Assembly: GCA_963514005.1 (NCBI GenBank)
Contig: OY740810.1
Coordinates: 14,508,001-14,572,000, forward strand
Length of the DNA: 64,000 nt
Reading direction: 5' to 3'
From: Raja brachyura
Lineage: Eukaryota
The stretch's first letter is position 1; every line of letters starts with the position of its first letter. The translations under genes and the position numbers were made by a program. Under the pieces are notes generated by a model that ran no database searches, was not told the DNA's origin, and saw only the letters and a list, made by a program, of their open reading frames with translations. Shown one piece after another: positions 63,001 through 64,000 of this stretch.

Positions 63001-63943
63001 AGCAGGTGTATGACAATGGAAAGTGGATGAGATGTGACTATCCTATCATCATCAATGTTTTCATCTCCACTGCTGGCCATACATTCCATTAGGCTCCACC
63101 CAAAATACCAATGTACCAATCTTTGCTTCATTGGAAATGATAATCATAGACCGTTAGTGCCATGATGGATACAGCACCGAAATTGGCTCTTTGGATCGTA
63201 GATTCTGTGGCAATGGCAATCTACCCCTTTATTCTAATCCTATATTAATCACATTTTTTATTCTCCCTTCATCAAAAGTAATTCACATTATTCCCTTCAT
63301 CATGTATTTGTACACTGTGGATGGCATGATTGTAATCATGTATAGCATTTCCACTAACTGGTTAGTATGCAACAAAAGCTTTTCACTTTACCTCGGTACA
63401 CATGACAAAGAACTAAACTCCAACGCAAACTCAAACATCCTCTTCAACTGCAGCAAGGTCCTACCATTGACCTACTTATTTGGGTCATTTTACAGTGGCC
63501 ATAGAGCTTAGACCTATACATTATTCATCTCTGTGTAACACTCTTTCCTTCTTTACACCAAGTGTTAATAATAATTCAACAAAAAGCTTTTTTTATAATT
63601 GATTGTTTAATAATTTTGCACAATTTCTTAACAGCAATATCACCAACACAGACCACAACTCCAAATTTGCAACCAAATCCCCTTGATTTTAACGTGACCT
63701 TCGTTGCAACTAACTTGACCTCAGCAGCAGATTTACAAGATCCCAATTCAGCATTGTTCAACTCGACAGCAAGTGTTATTGTTTTGCAGGTCAGTTGACA
63801 AATTACTGATTGATTTAATCAATTCATTACTCATGGTTCAGACAGTCTAATACTCTAACCATTGCCTTTTTACAGCTGAACCAACTGTTTCGCAGCAGTA
63901 ATGTTAACAAAACCTTCTCCAGCTGCAGAGTTCTCTCATTCAG
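1..63943 (+). CDS. MUC16: Internal part of a giant multi-exon MUC16/CA125-like mucin: PTS exon array, then 23 complete plus 1 partial SEA modules; 5' and 3' ends lie outside the window
   Basis: Canonical AG/GT-bounded exons join in one frame. The SEA repeat ends ...EGITTLGPY(A/S)LDSNSLYVNG, closely matching the human MUC16 repeat motif GITELGPYTLDRDSLYVNG as I recall it. It has FNVTF..TNL (cf. FTLNFTITNL), a two-Cys loop, and a Thr/Ser-rich domain upstream. Orthology is an inference; read the symbol as MUC16-like. Confidence 0.75.
416..574 (+). CDS. PTS exon, 159 nt, type A (ETTVPSTSTEATATASITTSVPTSATTETTTGSTSASTTEATTTFTTTPLTTT)
   Basis: tttccag acceptor, gtgagt donor, phase 1-1, open frame. 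Confidence 0.9.
900..1055 (+). CDS. PTS exon, 156 nt, type B with in-frame 3-nt deletion
   Basis: AG/GT bounded, phase 1-1. Confidence 0.9.
1382..1540 (+). CDS. PTS exon, 159 nt, type A
   Basis: AG/GT bounded, phase 1-1. Confidence 0.9.
1866..2024 (+). CDS. PTS exon, 159 nt, type B
   Basis: AG/GT bounded, phase 1-1. Confidence 0.9.
2351..2509 (+). CDS. PTS exon, 159 nt, type C (...GSTRAS...FMTTP)
   Basis: AG/GT bounded, phase 1-1. Confidence 0.9.
2835..2993 (+). CDS. PTS exon, 159 nt, type A
   Basis: AG/GT bounded, phase 1-1. Confidence 0.9.
3319..3477 (+). CDS. PTS exon, 159 nt, type B
   Basis: AG/GT bounded, phase 1-1. Confidence 0.9.
3804..3962 (+). CDS. PTS exon, 159 nt
   Basis: AG/GT bounded, phase 1-1. 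Confidence 0.9.
4288..4440 (+). CDS. PTS exon, 153 nt (in-frame 6-nt deletion, lacks VP)
   Basis: AG/GT bounded; lies within ORF 4257-4463. Confidence 0.9.
4766..4918 (+). CDS. PTS exon, 153 nt (same 6-nt deletion)
   Basis: AG/GT bounded; lies within ORF 4735-4941. Confidence 0.9.
5244..5402 (+). CDS. PTS exon, 159 nt
   Basis: AG/GT bounded, phase 1-1. Confidence 0.9.
5728..5886 (+). CDS. PTS exon, 159 nt, type B
   Basis: AG/GT bounded, phase 1-1. Confidence 0.9.
6213..6371 (+). CDS. PTS exon, 159 nt, type A
   Basis: AG/GT bounded, phase 1-1. Confidence 0.9.
6697..6855 (+). CDS. PTS exon, 159 nt, type B
   Basis: AG/GT bounded, phase 1-1. Confidence 0.9.
7182..7340 (+). CDS. PTS exon, 159 nt, type C
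   Basis: AG/GT bounded, phase 1-1. Confidence 0.9.
7666..7824 (+). CDS. PTS exon, 159 nt, type A
   Basis: AG/GT bounded, phase 1-1. Confidence 0.9.
8150..8308 (+). CDS. PTS exon, 159 nt
   Basis: AG acceptor, GTGAGC donor. Confidence 0.88.
8636..8794 (+). CDS. PTS exon, 159 nt
   Basis: AG/GT bounded; lies within ORF 8605-8871. Confidence 0.9.
9123..9281 (+). CDS. PTS exon, 159 nt
   Basis: AG/GT bounded, phase 1-1. Confidence 0.9.
9611..9870 (+). pseudogene. Disrupted PTS exon copy (insertion, plus deletion of the 3' half and donor)
   Basis: Normal acceptor and first ~59 nt are present, then ~183 nt of foreign sequence. The exon resumes briefly (TCAGTCCCCACAT, 9853-9865), then jumps to intron sequence with no GTGAG donor. 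Confidence 0.8.
9667..9852 (-). mobile_element. Short 3' fragment of a non-LTR retroelement (LINE-type tail) inserted antisense
   Basis: The minus strand ends AATAAAACTTGACTTGA, a poly(A)-signal-like motif plus short tandem-repeat tail typical of fish LINE 3' ends. It interrupts an otherwise regular unit. Family not determined. Confidence 0.6.
10143..10155 (+). pseudogene. 13-nt relic of a PTS exon (acceptor retained, remainder deleted)
   Basis: catttccag|AAATCAGTGTACC is followed directly by mid-intron sequence AATAGAATAAGTTAACATG. Confidence 0.65.
10411..10569 (+). CDS. Last, most divergent PTS array exon, 159 nt
   Basis: AG/GT bounded; ETTVPSTSTEATTTASSTTSVPISAAIETTTGSSSVSATDATIRFTSTPLTTT. 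Confidence 0.88.
10855..11143 (-). mobile_element. tRNA-derived SINE, V-SINE/HE1-like
   Basis: Minus strand has a tRNA-like head (CAGTGGTGCA...) with B-box GGGTTCGACCC at 11086-11096. It also has the V-domain-like GTGGGTTTCC...GCTCCGGTTCCTCCCA..CCAAAGATGTGCAGGT and a CR1-like tail GGGCCAAAGAGCCT. Confidence 0.8.
11320..11424 (+). CDS. Unique 105-nt Ser/Thr-rich linker exon (ETTETSSTSIQTSTSLQGSSSATTVTSSEATNPMT)
   Basis: ttctag acceptor, G|GTAAGA donor, phase 1-1. Confidence 0.85.
11627..11730. repeat. C-rich low-complexity intronic tract
   Basis: Many runs of 4-13 C; produces the spurious poly-Pro ORFs. Confidence 0.8.
12093..12182 (-). mobile_element. Fragment of an elasmobranch-type interspersed repeat (probably Penelope-like/retrozyme-related) with a degenerate hammerhead-like motif
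   Basis: Minus strand reads TCAGT-CTGACAA-A-GAGTC-TC-GACCC-GAAAC-GTCA...GATGCTGCTTGACCCACTGAGTTATTCTAGCAC. Family assignment is from recalled similarity, not a search. Confidence 0.5.
12240..14605 (+). CDS. Divergent first SEA module; exons 12240-12406, 12493-12560, 14301-14461, 14579-14605 (423 nt, 141 aa)
   Basis: DIVEPPIVPETEKPIEVVPQEQFNVTFNVFNLPFTPSLQNLSSPLYMIESANIINE|LNNLFANSSLNSSFLRCRSASFR|PASDGNTRVEAICVFETLTSVDEVQIYHEFQNNTEGITALGSYSLDSNSLFVNG|YHETSPTT. Same exon phases (1-0-2-1-1) as the array units. Confidence 0.88.
13668..13952 (-). mobile_element. Second V-SINE/HE1-like SINE, internally deleted and more decayed
   Basis: Minus strand head GGCACAGTGGTGCAGCTGGTCGAGCTGCTGCCTCA...CCGGGTTTAATC and tail ...AGGCCTGTTTCCACATTGTATCTCTAAA; homologous to 10855-11143. 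Confidence 0.75.
15773..17186 (+). CDS. SEA repeat 1; exons 15773-15927, 16014-16081, 16847-17016, 17160-17186 (140 aa)
   Basis: TISPTQTTTPNLQPNPLDFNVTFVATNLTSAADLQDPNSALFNSTASVIVLQ|LNQLFRSSNVNKTFSSCRVLSFS|PSAVQGTRVHANCTFTNDSDTQDVNRVRLYRVFRDLSEGITTLGPYALDSNSLYVNG|YNEPSPST; all introns GT-AG. Confidence 0.92.
17485..17830 (-). mobile_element. Old SINE-tail relic in the inter-module intron, present in every unit
   Basis: GATACAGCACCGAAATTGGCTCTTTGG and CATTTTACAGTGGCCA resemble the corresponding parts of the SINE copies at 13668-13952 and 10855-11143. Confidence 0.4.
17591..17753 (+). mobile_element. LINE-type 3'-end fragment nested in the inter-module intron, co-amplified in every unit
   Basis: Ends ...GCTTTTCACTTTACCTCGGTACACATGACAAAGAACTAAACTCAAACGCAAACTCAAAC, a degenerate (AAACTC)n tail. 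Absent from the homologous intron at ~14965-14985. Confidence 0.6.
17952..19351 (+). CDS. SEA repeat 2; exons 17952-18106, 18193-18260, 19013-19182, 19325-19351
   Basis: Same exon sizes and splice sites; D>N in exon A. Confidence 0.92.
20108..21521 (+). CDS. SEA repeat 3; exons 20108-20262, 20349-20416, 21182-21351, 21495-21521
   Basis: Same exon sizes and splice sites. Confidence 0.92.
22289..23702 (+). CDS. SEA repeat 4; exons 22289-22443, 22530-22597, 23363-23532, 23676-23702
   Basis: Same exon sizes and splice sites. Confidence 0.92.
24470..25882 (+). CDS. SEA repeat 5; exons 24470-24624, 24711-24778, 25543-25712, 25856-25882
   Basis: Same exon sizes and splice sites; SEG>SAG. Confidence 0.92.
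26646..28045 (+). CDS. SEA repeat 6; exons 26646-26800, 26887-26954, 27706-27875, 28019-28045
   Basis: Same exon sizes and splice sites; L>M, R>G, E>G. Confidence 0.92.
28812..30224 (+). CDS. SEA repeat 7; exons 28812-28966, 29053-29120, 29885-30054, 30198-30224
   Basis: Same exon sizes and splice sites. Confidence 0.92.
30990..32402 (+). CDS. SEA repeat 8; exons 30990-31144, 31231-31298, 32063-32232, 32376-32402
   Basis: Same exon sizes and splice sites; V>G in Cys loop. Confidence 0.92.
33168..34580 (+). CDS. SEA repeat 9; exons 33168-33322, 33409-33476, 34241-34410, 34554-34580
   Basis: Same exon sizes and splice sites; V>G. Confidence 0.92.
35346..36758 (+). CDS. SEA repeat 10; exons 35346-35500, 35587-35654, 36419-36588, 36732-36758
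   Basis: Same exon sizes and splice sites; V>G. Confidence 0.92.
37524..38936 (+). CDS. SEA repeat 11; exons 37524-37678, 37765-37832, 38597-38766, 38910-38936
   Basis: Same exon sizes and splice sites; V>G. Confidence 0.92.
39702..41114 (+). CDS. SEA repeat 12; exons 39702-39856, 39943-40010, 40775-40944, 41088-41114
   Basis: Same exon sizes and splice sites; V>G. Confidence 0.92.
41881..43292 (+). CDS. SEA repeat 13; exons 41881-42035, 42122-42189, 42953-43122, 43266-43292
   Basis: Same exon sizes and splice sites; L>S, VNG>VND. Confidence 0.92.
44058..45470 (+). CDS. SEA repeat 14; exons 44058-44212, 44299-44366, 45131-45300, 45444-45470
   Basis: Same exon sizes and splice sites; VNG>VND. 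Confidence 0.92.
46237..47636 (+). CDS. SEA repeat 15; exons 46237-46391, 46478-46545, 47297-47466, 47610-47636
   Basis: Same exon sizes and splice sites; N>S, VNG>VND. Confidence 0.92.
48402..49814 (+). CDS. SEA repeat 16; exons 48402-48556, 48643-48710, 49475-49644, 49788-49814
   Basis: Same exon sizes and splice sites. Confidence 0.92.
50578..51990 (+). CDS. SEA repeat 17; exons 50578-50732, 50819-50886, 51651-51820, 51964-51990
   Basis: Same exon sizes and splice sites; DTQ>DPQ. Confidence 0.92.
52755..54167 (+). CDS. SEA repeat 18; exons 52755-52909, 52996-53063, 53828-53997, 54141-54167
   Basis: Same exon sizes and splice sites; DTQ>DPQ. Confidence 0.92.
54932..56341 (+). CDS. SEA repeat 19; exons 54932-55086, 55173-55240, 56002-56171, 56315-56341
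   Basis: Same exon sizes and splice sites; DTQ>DPQ. Confidence 0.92.
57106..58515 (+). CDS. SEA repeat 20; exons 57106-57260, 57347-57414, 58176-58345, 58489-58515
   Basis: Same exon sizes and splice sites; DTQ>DPQ. Confidence 0.92.
59280..60692 (+). CDS. SEA repeat 21; exons 59280-59434, 59521-59588, 60353-60522, 60666-60692
   Basis: Same exon sizes and splice sites; QPN variant. Confidence 0.92.
61458..62870 (+). CDS. SEA repeat 22; exons 61458-61612, 61699-61766, 62531-62700, 62844-62870
   Basis: Same exon sizes and splice sites; S>T, FNST>FKST, DTQ>DPQ. Confidence 0.92.
63635..63943 (+). CDS. SEA repeat 23 (partial); exons 63635-63789, 63876-63943
   Basis: Same exon sizes and splice sites; cut by window edge. 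Confidence 0.9.
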
Positions 63944-64000
63944 GTAAGGAAAACTAAGATTCATCCGGGTCAGTATTTGCATCAACACCACGTGCGACCT

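Larger units (their letters stand above)
15279..64000 (+). repeat. Tandem array of ~2.16-2.18-kb units (22 complete + partial), each carrying 4 exons of one SEA repeat
   Basis: Exon A starts recur at 15773, 17952, 20108 ... 63635. Introns and exons are near-identical between units. The array runs off the right edge. Confidence 0.98.

Noticed and set aside
15386-63511. Recurring 60-120-aa intronic ORFs (MTFFILPSS…, MCPWHMKG…, MSHDIGNQ…) suggesting an operon-like gene cassette
   Set aside because: They are broken by stops or frameshifts in several units, show no recognisable domains, and lie in introns or TE relics.
1-64000. CRISPR array, prokaryotic repeat system or non-coding satellite
   Set aside because: There are no short repeats with unique spacers. 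Units are 0.48 and 2.18 kb with spliceosomal GT-AG exons and vertebrate SINEs.

Overview
Eukaryotic DNA from a vertebrate, most likely a cartilaginous fish (ray, skate or shark, inferred from HE1/V-SINE-type retroposons and an elasmobranch-type Penelope-like fragment). The whole 64 kb is the interior of one very large, + strand, intron-containing mucin gene of MUC16/CA125 type. Neither start nor stop codon is in the window. (1) 1-10.7 kb: a tandem array of ~484-bp units, each a phase 1-1 exon of 153-159 nt encoding a Thr/Ser-rich PTS peptide plus its intron. There are 20 complete exons, 1 edge-truncated exon and 2 decayed copies. (2) 11.3-14.6 kb: a unique 105-nt linker exon and one divergent 4-exon SEA module, in introns carrying SINEs. 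(3) 15.3-64 kb: a tandem array of ~2.18-kb units, each holding 4 exons (155+68+170+27 = 420 nt = 140 aa) that encode one MUC16-type SEA repeat. There are 22 complete units plus 1 partial, nearly identical including introns. By my manual splicing the window encodes roughly 4,400 in-frame residues. Almost all ORFs in the supplied track are antisense or off-frame shadows of these exons, or repeated intron sequence. All coordinates were derived by eye from splice signals and no database search was run.
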